DNA from: Mytilus californianus
Taxonomy: Eukaryota
Direction: 5' to 3'
Assembly: GCF_021869535.1 (NCBI RefSeq)
Contig: NW_026262581.1
Location: 5,022,001 to 5,086,000, forward strand
Length of the DNA: 64,000 nucleotides
The notes under the pieces are model-generated. The model saw nothing but the letters and a program-made list of their open reading frames with translations. It ran no database searches and had not been told where the DNA came from. How positions within the stretch are numbered: the stretch's first letter is position 1; the number at the start of each line of letters is the position of its first letter. A program made the translations under genes and the position numbers. Of the stretch, positions 1-12,600 are shown piece after piece.

Positions 1-945
1 CTATTTTATTGGCGAGGCGCTGCGGAGCGATCTTCAACACACTAAGAATCTTTTTTTAGTGATATCAGTAATGTTACAATTAAACAGACCATCTACTGAG
101 CTGTTCCCATCCCTGACTGACTGCTGGTGTTGGTTTTTTTTTTAAATGGTGAAGAATATTACACTTTTCCAACGTCATTGTGCATTCCCTTACACGAGCT
201 ATAGCCGGCGGTGTACTGTATTTTGCAACTGATGTTCTGTAAATTGGAATATCCAAAGCGATAAACAAACGGAAACTGAATAGAGATTAGTTTTTTTTAG
301 GCTTTCAATCATACTTTTGATATAATTTATATAAACATGATAAATCGGCAAATAACTTCTCTTGGCTTCTTATGACAATTAACCAAGGATTTCAGTAACA
401 AGAAGGTTCATACTTTATAAATCTTTGCATTAATTCAATTCGTATTTTGAAGACATACAAAGGACACGGTACACTAAGGGCCGTATTTGGCCCCCTATTT
501 TGTCACAAAATCATTTTCATGAAACAAATGAACTTAGCATCGAAAAAGATTTGCATATATCTGTTCTTCAGTAGCACATGCGTATTTTATCTTTTAGTAA
601 ATCAGAAACCTGATTTTGGGTTGCTTAAAGTGCTTTGAATACGTCAAAAGATAGAAAAATGTTGATTTTTGGACTGAAATCCTTCGTTTTAAAAGGCCTC
701 CGCTGTAAAAAAAAAATAGTAATTAAGATGGCATACAAACGGGGTTTGCCTACTAAGAAAAGAAATTACAGGCTCACGTTGGCGGAGGAACTCATTATGT
801 GATGAAAAAACTTATCAACATTCTTCTCAAGTACTTCATCAGGCATAGAAACCAACAATCCCTTTATGCTCTAACAAACAACAAAGAGACCCTTAGTAGT
901 TCAAAATGTACTTCAGATAAAAGCAGACACATTTATACCAGTAAG

Positions 946-3790
946 ATCAGAATGGTTTCCATTAACATCAACGGTCTAAGAGGGAAAAAACTCGAACCGC
1001 AGGCATATTTACAAACTGAAAACCCCGACATAGTAGCGCTGTAAGAGACCAAAATCGACAACAGCATTACAACCAATGAATTGATTCCAGACACATTGGA
1101 CTATGATATATACCGCAACGATAGAACAGGCAATGGGGGAGGCACAATGTTACTCATCAAAACACACCTAGACACAGCACCCGTGAAAATCCTCGAAAAT
1201 GGGTCAGAATCTACTTGGAGCAAAATCATCTTGCAAAGAAAACACCATTATATAGGAAGCTGGTACAAACCACCTGATGCCCCTTTGGATCAAATACAAC
1301 TAATAAAGGATCAAATGAATAAAATCAAGAAATTAGGGAAAGCAAATAAACAACCATGCATTCACGTCTTGAGTGATTTTAATTACCGTAAAATAAATTG
1401 GCAGACACAGTTAAATGAAGATACCAACACATGTCTAAACGGTAGTGACGGCCAGCCGTTAATAGATACCCTTAATGAGGCTAGTGCTGAACAATTCGTC
1501 CTGTTTCCAACCAGGGAAACGGTAATACGATAGACCTTTTAATTACAACCTTACCAGGGCAGTTCACAGATATCCACTCACCTGGTCGGTTTAGCGACCA
1601 CGACATTGTCATGGGTACTCTGAGATGCACAATTAAAAAAAGATAAGACCAGAAAGGACCTCCTTCCAATACTCAAAGGGAAACTACGATCAGATGAGAG
1701 AAGATACAAAGGACTTCACCAGAGACAAATACTTCAATGGCCATCAAAACACCAGGAATGTAGAAGAAAACTGGAACATGATAAACGAATTTATGCTAGG
1801 AACCACCAAAATCAAATTTCCAACTAAAACATCAAAAGGAAATCAGACAATACCATGGATAAATAATACATATAACTTCAAAGCCATGATAAAACGAAAA
1901 AACAGAACACACGCCAACTATAAAAAAAAATGAACAGCGTGGGAATAAAACGAAAATGGCAAGAATTAAGACGCACAATTAACAAGGAAATTGAAACAGC
2001 TAGTCCACAACAACTACGTCAACAACTTAATAGTCGATATAAAGCAGGATTGTAATCCATATTGGAAATATATTAACAACCAGAAGGCAGACAAACAGGG
2101 AATACCACCACTTAAGACTCAAGATAGTAAGACCGCCGATACAGACTAACAGAAAGCAGAGGCATTGAATACAGTTTACAAGCGTTTATACCAAGACAGA
2201 ATATGAATCCATTCCATACCAAACTCCACTTGTAGACAAAATGAGGAACATCACAGTAACAACAAAAGGAGTGGAGAAGATACTTAGAAATCGTTAATGC
2301 GTCGAACGCGATGGGTCCTGATGGTATACACCCCAGAGTACTGAAAGAATTTGCACCTAACATATCAGAGGTAATGGCTCACATATTCCAACAATCCATC
2401 AACAGAGGAACCATCCCAGATGAATGGAAAAGTGCTAATATATGCCCAATATTAAGAAGAACGACAGAAACATCCCGAGTAATTACAGACCAGAATATCT
2501 AACATGTATCACCTGCATACTACTAGAACATGTCATTTGCTCGAACCTAATGGAGCACTTTGAAGATCACAACATCCTAAATAGCCGACAACATGCATTT
2601 AGAAGAAGACACAGCTGCAAAACCTAACTCATCAACGTGATACACGACTGGGCAACTGCCATTGACAACAGGAAACAAATTGATATATTTATTTTGGATT
2701 TTGAAAAAGCATTTGACACCGTACCACACGAGCTATTAAAAAGTAAATTTCACAAATATGGTGTGCCGAAAAACATCTTGAATTGGATTAACGCTTTCCT
2801 ATCTACAAGATCTCGGTGCATGGTAGTGAATGGGATTAAGTCTGAAACATCAACAGTACTATCAGGAGTACCTCAATGAACGGTTCACGGTCCCATCCTA
2901 TTTCTAGTCCATATCAACGACATAGCAGAAAATGTAACATCTGAAATAAGGCTGTTCGCCGACGACTGTGTATGCTACAAAGAAATAAAAAACGAAGATG
3001 ACTGTGCAGAACTACGGAAAGATATAGATACGCTTGGTAACTGGGCGACAAATTGGGGTATGAGATTCCAACCAATTAAATGCAACATGATGACATTGAG
3101 TCGCATGAAGAAAACAACATCATTTGAATATACCCTAAAAGATACCAAACTCCAATTTTTAACATCTATTAAATATCTAGGAAAAAACATCACCAATGAC
3201 CTACACTGGGGAAAACACACAGAGGAGATATGCAACAAATCTTATAGGACATTATGATTACTAAAAAGAAACCTCTCATCATGTCCACTTAAAGTTAAAC
3301 TCCAGGCATATAAAGAACTGATACGATCTGTCCTAGAATATGTGAGCGCTGCTTGGGACCCACATCAAATATATCTTCAAGACCAACTGGAAAGTGTACA
3401 GAAAAGAGTGGCAAGGTTCATAACATCAAACTACAATTACGAACCAGGAAGTATGACAGCAATTTTTGGACCAGCTGCAATTACCATCCCTTAAAGATCG
3501 TCGAACCCAGAACAGACTTATCCTCTTCTGCAAAGGTATACACGGTCAAGCAAACTTACCATCTGATCAACTGAAAAAACGATCAAGAACAACCAAGAAC
3601 ATGCATAGCCAACATTTCCTGAGACTGCAAACAAAATCAGACACATTAACATTCAGTTTCATATCAAACACAATTAAAGATTGGAACCTACTACCCCCGG
3701 ATATCTTCACATGGTGAAAACATATGCACTTGGCAGACACGACAAATAGGCATTTTGCAATTGTCTCTCCGGTTGAGTCACCCAATAAAT
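946..3790 (+). mobile_element. Decayed CR1-group non-LTR retrotransposon (near-complete ORF2: APE endonuclease + reverse transcriptase)
   Basis: APE motifs SININGL, (Q>stop at 1042-1044)ETKID, RNDR..GGG, DFNY. RT motifs GPDGIHPRVLKE, NYRP, LDFEKAFDTVPH, SGVPQ, LFADD, KYLG. Many stops and frameshifts; AATAAA near 3784. Confidence 0.92.
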
Positions 3791-4084
3791 TAAAGCGACA
3801 AATAGTTTTGATAATTTAACTATTTTTCTTTTCAAGTAAAACAAATTCAGAATATGTAAAAGTTCGGGACAAAATACAGGGCCGGTTGCAGACGACTTCA
3901 GCCGAAAACCACTTGTTTTGTTTAATATTAACGTGAGATTTTTATGAGTAAAAATGTAAAGTAAACAATTTTTGCAAGTTAGTTTGTCCCAGTCCCAGAT
4001 TTCTATTGTAAACAAATAAAAATCAAATTACTGAAGTACTGAACATCGTATGGCCGCAAGTTCTTGTGGATGGCCGTCACAAGC

Positions 4085-4162
4085 ACTTGTCTCAGAAAAA
4101 AAACCTATCTCTATACCCGAGAGTGAGGTTAATGTACAGAGATATTTTTTTCTGAGACAAGT
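4085..4162. mobile_element. Small hairpin (MITE-like) element
   Basis: Terminal inverted repeat ACTTGTCTCAGAAAAAA / TTTTTTCTGAGACAAGT with partly complementary interior. Confidence 0.55.
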
Positions 4163-6290
4163 TCGTGCGTGGATGATGAATAAATTACAGGGAATTCAAC
4201 CTCACCTCAACTATTATATTGTAGTGTTTACAAATCAGTATACTCTGGTTTGTTGTTAATATTTGTATAATTTATAACAGTTACATGTATATATAATTTT
4301 CATCCATTTGTATATCATTCTATTCTACTATTCTAATAATAGTACAGTGCAAGCGCATGGTGGACACTCTTCTGTAATAATTCGATTTTTCTAATAGATT
4401 GGATTTGAGTAGGCATTCATATTTTCCCGCAAAACGTTCTTCAGATATTCTTCCGCATGCGTTAACACAATTTTTCTGTACGTGTGCATAGATATTAATG
4501 ATTCTTTTTACCTATATATATATATTTCTAACGACAAAACGTTTTCATATTACTAATTTATGTTCTAAAAAAATATTTTTATGAGTATTCATTGAAGAAA
4601 TGAATTTATAACAAGCGATAAGGAATGTTATTTTGCACTCGATAATGTCCGCGTATTTATACGATCGGTTACCAGTCAAAAACGAAAGTCAAATCTGTGG
4701 CAACAATACATCGGAATGAATTCACGGTCATCGCGATGAAAAAAGTGGAGAAAAGTTACAAATCTATGAAATGTAGTAGGTGTAAATACATCATTTTAAC
4801 ACCTTTCAGATAATAATGTCTGTTATTTCATAATGTTCATAGTTCATCTATAAATTGTTGTTTGATAATAGAATAAAACAATAGTTCAAGTTATGAAGTC
4901 TGTTTTTTTAGCACAACTGCTATGAGGCAGCGGTTTTGATTCTCGGAAGCTAGAGCAAATACTCATTAATCCTGCTGGATAATATATTGTCGCTAATATT
5001 ATGATATCAGTAAGAAACATATTGCTTATGAGGTCAGTAGGTCCGCACAAAGGTCACTATAATTTGGTTTTTATCTTAGTAGAAACTTTTTCGTCAGTCT
5101 GGTTTATTTAAATGAACACCAAGTGACTTCCATCTATAGTCGGATAGAGATAAATCTACAAAAGATCAATACCGTAGATGACAAAATAACATCAGAAAAG
5201 TACAATATCAACATGACCAACGTAAATCATACATGAAAACGGTCGTTGCTATGCAGTGCGTACGGTTGCTGGGTAGTTTCTAAGCATACAACAAGCTAAC
5301 ATAATGTAAGAGTTGTACAATTGCCGTTTAAGTACCAAAACAATAGCTTTGGTTATAACATTATTGATTACATAAACCTTGAGTAGATACCAAAGGTTAC
5401 GGTTGCTTAGTATAAGGTATTGTTGCTAAAGGTCATTCCGGTTGTTAAGGTGTTGATATATACGCGTTTAGATAATATAAATAAATCAAACGTAACTGTT
5501 TGAGATTTCCGTATATATTTTATGCAATGATACATTTTGATTCTTATGGAAAAGACGCATTTTTTTTATAAATAAGGTTCATAATAGTATATGAATGGCA
5601 TGTTTCAAATCTGTGGCTTGGCAACCACAAAAATGGTACTAGTAATAAAAATTAAAAAAATGTAATTTTCAAAACTTCTATACCTAGTCTATTGAAATTA
5701 TAAAATTCAATTCATTTGAAGAGGGGGCCAAAAATTACCCTTATTGTACTTTGTCCTTTGAACGCTGAACCGTCAATAAATTGATTAAAAGTTGTAACAT
5801 AACTGATTTTAATGGCAATGCTCTACATTTAACTGTGTGAAATACATTTTGATGTATTAATCTCAATGTTGGAAAAGTTTGAAGAGAAATTGCAGCAGTT
5901 TTGTTTGGGGTGTATTCTAGTTGATTTTTAAATGTTTTGCATATCGGGGAGTCAAAGCCAAATTTATAGGAGGGGTATACATCTATATGCATGGTTAAAG
6001 TTAGAAACATTTATTGCTTTACACAATCATTTCATGAGGATTGTTTTCAGATACCTCTTTATTTTGTTTGCACATCGCCCCCATCTATCGTTGTCTAAGT
6101 TCTATCTCTTTATTCTTTTTTATTGTTGTAGTATTAAAGATCTTATAATCAAAAATAAAATGACTTCATTATAAGTTGAGACACGTGTCAATCTGTAGCG
6201 AAGAAGCCTTTAAGAAAGGCGTAATAAATGCATATAATAATATTTTGATAATACTTTATATTTGTTGCATAACTTTCAGACCTTTGAAAA

Positions 6291-6430
6291 TTGAAGGCCG
6301 TACGGGACCTATAGTTGTAAGCTCATTGTCGAATGCCGTACGATGACCTATAGTTGTAAACCTCTATGTAATTTGCTCTCTGGTGGAGAGTTGTCTCATT
6401 GGCAATCATACCACATCTTCTTATTTTTAT
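6291..6430 (+). mobile_element. Short 3' tail of Penelope-like family C
   Basis: TTGAAGGCCGTACG...GAGAGTTGTCTCATTGGCAATCATACCACATCTTCTT; the same tail ends the ORF-bearing copy at 47385-48296. Confidence 0.7.
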
Positions 6431-6623
6431 ACTTGTATATATATGTGCAATTTACAACATTGTTTCTCATTGTTCATTTTGAAACGAATCGTACTGTAAG
6501 ACGACAAATGATTTTTGATATCGTAAATAACAGAGGTGGGACGATCTTTTTCTATTATCTTTATTCTTAGAATAGTTAATATAAATTAAAACACAAACCT
6601 TTTTTTCTTTCTTTGATTTTCAG

Positions 6624-6664
6624 AACTTCAACCAGACAAAAGTCGTATTCATGCAAGTGTTCCG
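6624..6664 (+). CDS. Probable exon preceding TSP1-1 (TSTRQKSYSCKCS)
   Basis: Polypyrimidine tract + CAG acceptor, GTGAGT donor. It ends in phase 1 and splices to give CKCS-VNGGW, a C-x-C-x-V-(D/N)-G-G-W junction typical of TSP1 proteins. Confidence 0.55.
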
Positions 6665-9600
6665 GTGAGTACAAGGTAGTATTAAAAGCTCTTCCCTTTT
6701 TGGAGTTTCAGTCATATAGAATTAAAATAAAAAAACCAAATATATAGATACAGATATGTAAATCATCAATATCATTGATATAAATATTTCACTAATTTAA
6801 AGGATTGTATAGTGTATATATCGACCATTACTGAGTAGTGTGTAAACTTTACCAGTTTTGAGTAGTATGTGTTCCGACCAATTATGGTTATAATGTTGTG
6901 GATATAATGACCAACTTATCATTATTGATTAGTGTGCATACACTAACTGTTATCAGTAGTTTACATGTTTATACCATTATTGATTAGTGTGCATACACTA
7001 ACTGTTATCAGTAGTTTACATGTTTATACCATTATTGAGTAGTGTGCATACACTAACTGTTATCAGTAGTTTACATGTTTATACCATTATTGAGTAGTGT
7101 TTTACCATTATTGTGTAGCATTTATACCATGATGGAGTAACGTATATAACGTTACCATCATTGAGTAGTGTATACCATAATCGGTGTTCCCATTGTCTGT
7201 ATCTGTTTTTCAAAAGTCAATTTAATCACATATTTACAGATACAAGACAGTAATTGATTAATTCCGTATTCCAAGAGGGAAAATGTGTGTGCTGATAATT
7301 ATTTCCCAAAACTAACTATACAAATCCTTGATAAAACAATTTTACCATAATTATACACGTAAAAGCACGCGACGTTTAGGGCGGTGAATATACTTTTTCC
7401 GCAGGTGAATATGCTGTTTTATTCAAAATCAAATTCGTATAGAAACATCTACTAAAGTTCTATCAATATTGAATAATATACAATTACTGTCCTTTCATGA
7501 GGTAAATATGTGGTTTTATCACATATTTGTTACGAATACGTTGGGTTTTGCATATGTAATAACCTCAAAATTGCCCGGGGCAAAAAAGAGGTTATTGGTT
7601 ATTGTGCCCTGATTCCAAATGACGAGGCCGATATGGGAGTCTCGGGATGATACCATGGCCAATATTGAAAAGGGCATGTTATAATCTATACTTATTGACT
7701 TTTGAAAAACGGATATTCACTGAGGCCAACACCCGAAGTTAATATACATATTTACCGAAACGAAAGGCAGCAATTGTTTTATTCCGTATTCATAGACAGA
7801 ACATGTAATGTAATAACAATTGTTTACCAAAGCCAATTGTACATCAAACGATTTTACCATATCTATACACGTAGAAACTTCAGTTTAATTGAAGTCTGGA
7901 GCTGGCATGTCAGTTAACTGCTAGTAGTCTGTTGTTATTTATGTATTATTGTCATTTTGTTTATTTTCTTTGGTTACATCTTCTGACATCAGACTCGGAC
8001 TTCTCTTGAACTGAATTTTAATGTGCGTATTGTTATGCGTTTACTTTTCTACATTGGCTAGAGGTATAGGGGGAGGGTTGAGATCTCATAAACATGTTTA
8101 ACCCCGCCGCATTTTTGCGCCTGTCCCAAGTCAGGAGCCTCTAGCCTTTGTTAGTCTTGTATTATTTTTAATTTTAGTTTCTTGTGTACAATTTGGAGTT
8201 TAGTATGGCGTTCATTATCACTGAACTAGTATATATATTTGTTTAGGGGCCAGCTGAAGGACGCCTCCGGGTGCGGGAATTTCTCGCTGCATTGAAGACC
8301 TGTTGGTGGCCTTCTGCTGTTGTCTGTCCTGTGGTCGGGTTGTTGTCTCTTTGACACATTCCCCATTTCCATTCTCAATTTTACGTAGAAACACGCGATG
8401 TTTGCGCGTCAATATAATTTTTATGCAGGTGAATATGCTGTTTTATTCAAAATCCAATTTATGTAGAAAAATCTACTATCAAAATGGAATAAATACCATG
8501 TTTAAAAAGGTATATACCATTATTGAGTAGTGTGTACCATTGTTGAGTAACTGTATTTTCAACTGTTCAGTAGTGTATACACTGACCAATTCAATTGCAG
8601 TAAATGGAGGATGGAGTAGTTGGTCAACGAAAATCACATGGCGTAATGATTGTTCAACAAAATGTGGACAAGGAATAGAAACAGGATACAAAACCAGAAC
8701 TTGTACAAATCCAGCTCCTCAATACGGCGGCAGCAGTTGCTCTGGTTCTAGTACACAAACACAGCAACGAGCATGTAAAATCAAAGAATGCCCAAGTAAG
8801 TTATTACTTTTACATTTAAACCAAATCTGGAGGGAATAAAGTCCTTTTCATTTTTGTGTTTGTGTTGGTTCGATTTAAGTTTCTTTGTCATTTATTTGTT
8901 GTTTGAATTTGATTTTATTATTTTATTCGATTCTAATTTGAATATTCCGTCTGATATATAATACTCTGTTTAAAAGTGTTGTTTTTTCTTCAAACTGTTA
9001 AGCTCACTTTGTATTTGTAATCCTGTGTACTATTGGAAGAAGCTTATCCTAAAACCGATAAAGCATACAGACTGTTTTTCATACTTAAACCTGGTTTATG
9101 AGTATACTATTGGTTTCATTTAAAAACATTGCTGATGAGCATTCTTGCTTTTAACTCAAACCACCACATTTCCTTCAAAAAAATGTTTATGAACTTTGAT
9201 TATGGTGCATCATAATGCATACCTGGCACCCCATGACCATATTTTTATCCCAAAATATAGTTAATGAATCATAATCTCTGTTTTTCAAACTACAATGTGG
9301 TGATACAGCAAGAGGGTTTATCCTTCCACACTTAGAGTATGGTTGAGCTTAAATTTTGTGTTAAAAAAATATGGTTTTTGTGTGTATCTTTTACAATGAG
9401 ACGCACTCAATTTGTTCAATTACAGAATAAAAATCCATTTATTTATTTGAGCAAATATCATGTCTTCATGCTAAAATAATTTGATAATGTCAGATATATG
9501 TAGTGTTCTTTAATACGTAATATCATGTATTATGTTTCTGAGAAGACGTTACTTGGAACTTTGCAAAAGGTGTGTTTGATCCATTTGTCTCTTTTAAAAC

Positions 9601-12600
9601 TAAATCTTAACTATGGACATTTCATTTCCTGCTCTGTTATAATTCTAATTCATTATGTATGATTGATGCTATTGTTACTGCAATTAAGTTTATTTGATAA
9701 AGTTTATTACCGTACCGTTTAAAGCCTTTGCACTGAAAAAAACAACACTCATAAAACTTGCAGATGAGTATTTGTTTTTTAAAACGACAAATATCGATAG
9801 TGATTTATTTGAAAAAAGAAAAATGTATATTTTAGTTGATGGTGGATGGACATCTTTCTCTAAATTCACATGGAACAACGATTGTTCAGCAGCATGTGGT
9901 GTAGGTGATGAAACAGGATACAGAACGAGATCATGTTCAAATCCTACCCCAGCCCATGGAGGAAAAGCCTGTACTGGTGCAGCATTAGAAAAAGCGACGC
10001 GTAGTTGTAAGATAAAGGAATGCCCAAGTAAGTTTTCTTTCGATTTGTTTGCGATTATCTATTTTCTGTTATTAGGAATTCCCTTCACTTTTGTTTTCGT
10101 AGTTTTTTGTTATTTCAAATCAGTCATTTACAAATAAATAACTTTTCTCATAAATTTGCACTATGTTTATCGATCCATAATTCAATTGATTTTACAACTT
10201 TATCGTCATTTGCTTTGAACTCTCTATCCCTATTCATTTTCACTATGTATCACCTGACTCAAATCAAGAAGTCTTTCAATATATGTTTTCAGCAATTCTT
10301 CATTGTCTGTTCAAATAGTTCTTCACGTTTTTCATTTGTTTCAAACAAGTCAACGCCATTTGTACTCAAAGCTTTTTATGATTTTGTTCATGTTTCGTTT
10401 ACAGTAGTTCCTTTCTTAACCATTTTCCATTCTTTGTTTCACACTATTCGTCTAATTTCGCCTTCAATAGATTTTCTTCATTTATTTAAATCCTTTGTTA
10501 TTCATTTACAATAATATACACTGCTCCTTATGTACGTCTTTCACTGGATCGTTTTAACCAATTCTTATTATCGTAACTTAGTCTTTAGTTATTTCTCCTG
10601 TTTGTTACAGGCAATTTTGGTTACTTACATTTGCCAAAATTTATTGCATTTGATTATATATACATAATTTGTATACTCACTGTCTATTGGGATTTTTTAA
10701 ATTATCTTCCTCTTAACAAAACCTTTTACACGTGTCCATCTGTTTGCTGTTCAAGCGCAAACTTAACTTTGTGGAAAAAAATGCAATGAAATGCCTGAAA
10801 TAAAAGAATTCACAAGTATGTACGGAAGAGTTCTTTAAATCGAACTAGCAAATGCAGATTTTTTTGTGGAAATCAAAGATTTTTATTCTTGAATTGGAAT
10901 ATAGATAACTTCTATGGGCTTTTTGTCTACTTTCGTGTTTATTAATAATCCACACAATGTTATAACAGTTGATGGACAATGGAGCGATTATTCTACAGTA
11001 TCTTGGAACAATGATTGTTCAGCTACTTGTGGCATAGGAGTAGAAACGGGAACTAAAACAAGAACATGTACTAACCCAACACCAGCCTATGGTGGCAATC
11101 CATGCAACGGAGATTCCTCATCTTTGGAGAAACGGCAATGTAAAATTAAAGAATGTCCAAGTAAGAACTATACATGATTCTCTTCTTTAACTTTGTTTAA
11201 CAACAATGGTCATTACAAAATTTCTTTAATTCCCTTTTCATAAAAAACAAGCGTGTCAGCATCTCTTGTTTTTTTCTTTTCATTACCAAAATTACGGTCA
11301 TTTTCAGTTTTAGAATAAAATATCACCGTTTTAGTTATTTCCACCCATGAGCAACACCAATGTTTCCTCAAGTGTAGCAGGAATGTTAACCTTTCCGTTA
11401 AACAAGAGTTCATCCACGGATATTTGTGGGTTTTTTGTAACGTTGATCAATCATTAATTTTGTGTGGAATGTAATTTTCGCCTTCAATAGATTTTCTTCA
11501 TTTATTTCAATCCTTTGTTATTCATTTACAATAATATACACTGCTCCTTCTGTACGTTTTTCACTGGATCGTTTTAACCAATTCTTATTATCGTAACTTA
11601 GTCTTTAGTTATTTCTCCTGTTTGTTACAGGCAATTTTGGTTATTTACATTTGCCAAAATTTATTGCATTTGATTATACATTATTTGTATACTCCCTGTT
11701 TATTGGGATTTATTTAAATCATGTTCCTGTTAACAAAACCTTTAACACGTGTCCATCTGTTTTCTGTTCAAGCGCAATCTTAACTTCGTGGAAAAAAATG
11801 CAATGAAATGCCTGAAATAAAAGAATTCATAATTATGTATGGAAGAGTTCTTTAAATCGAACTAGCAAATGCAGATTTTTTGTGGAAATCAAAGATTTTT
11901 ATTCTTGAATTGGAATATTGATAACTTCAATGTTTTTTTTTGTCTACTTTCGTGTTCATTTATAATCCACACAATATTTACAACAGTTGATGGACAATGG
12001 AGCGATTATTCTACAGTATCTTGGAACAATGATTGTTCAGCTACTTGTGGCATAGGAGTAGAAACGGGAACTAAAACAAGAACATGTACTAACCCAACAC
12101 CAGCCTATGGTGGCAATCCATGTAACGGAGATTCATCATCTTTGGAGAAACGGCAATGTAAAATTAAAGAATGTCCAAGTAAGAACTATACATGATTCTC
12201 TTCTTTAACTTTGTTTAACAACAATGGTCATTACAATTTCTTTAATTTCCTTTTCATTAAAAAAAACAAGCGTGTCAGCATCTCTTGTATTTTCTTTTCA
12301 TTACCAAAATTACGGTCATTTTCAGTTTTAGAATAAAATATCACCGTTTTAGTTATTTCCACCCATGAGCAACACCACTGTTTCCTCTAGTGTAGCAGGA
12401 ATGTTAACCTTTCCGTTAAACAAGAGTTCATCCACGGCTATTTGTGGGTTTTTTGTAACGTTGATCAATCATTATATACTAGTAATTAATTGTGTGTGGA
12501 ATGTAATTTGTCTTTTCGTTGTTTTTATTCTTTCTGGTTATGGTATAGACTGTTTTTCTTCGACTTATTGGTCTTATTGGTATCTTCTCCCTCTATTGAG

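Larger units (their letters stand above)
10454..12508. repeat. Tandem segmental duplication (~1.02-kb unit) carrying TSP1 exons 3 and 4
   Basis: Copy 1 is about 10454-11476 and copy 2 about 11477-12508; intron flanks align throughout; TAATTT microhomology at the junction. Confidence 0.9.

Noticed and set aside
9070-9160. CTGATGA-GC..GC resembling a hammerhead core at about 9130
   Set aside because: No GAAA, helix III or cleavage triplet follows.
10107-10514. 135-aa ORF and the many other 60-125 aa track ORFs rich in F/L/I/S/K
   Set aside because: Composition reflects AT-rich intron or intergenic DNA, or the antisense of real exons (e.g. 21123-21452, 25047-25379, 16378-16737); no domains.
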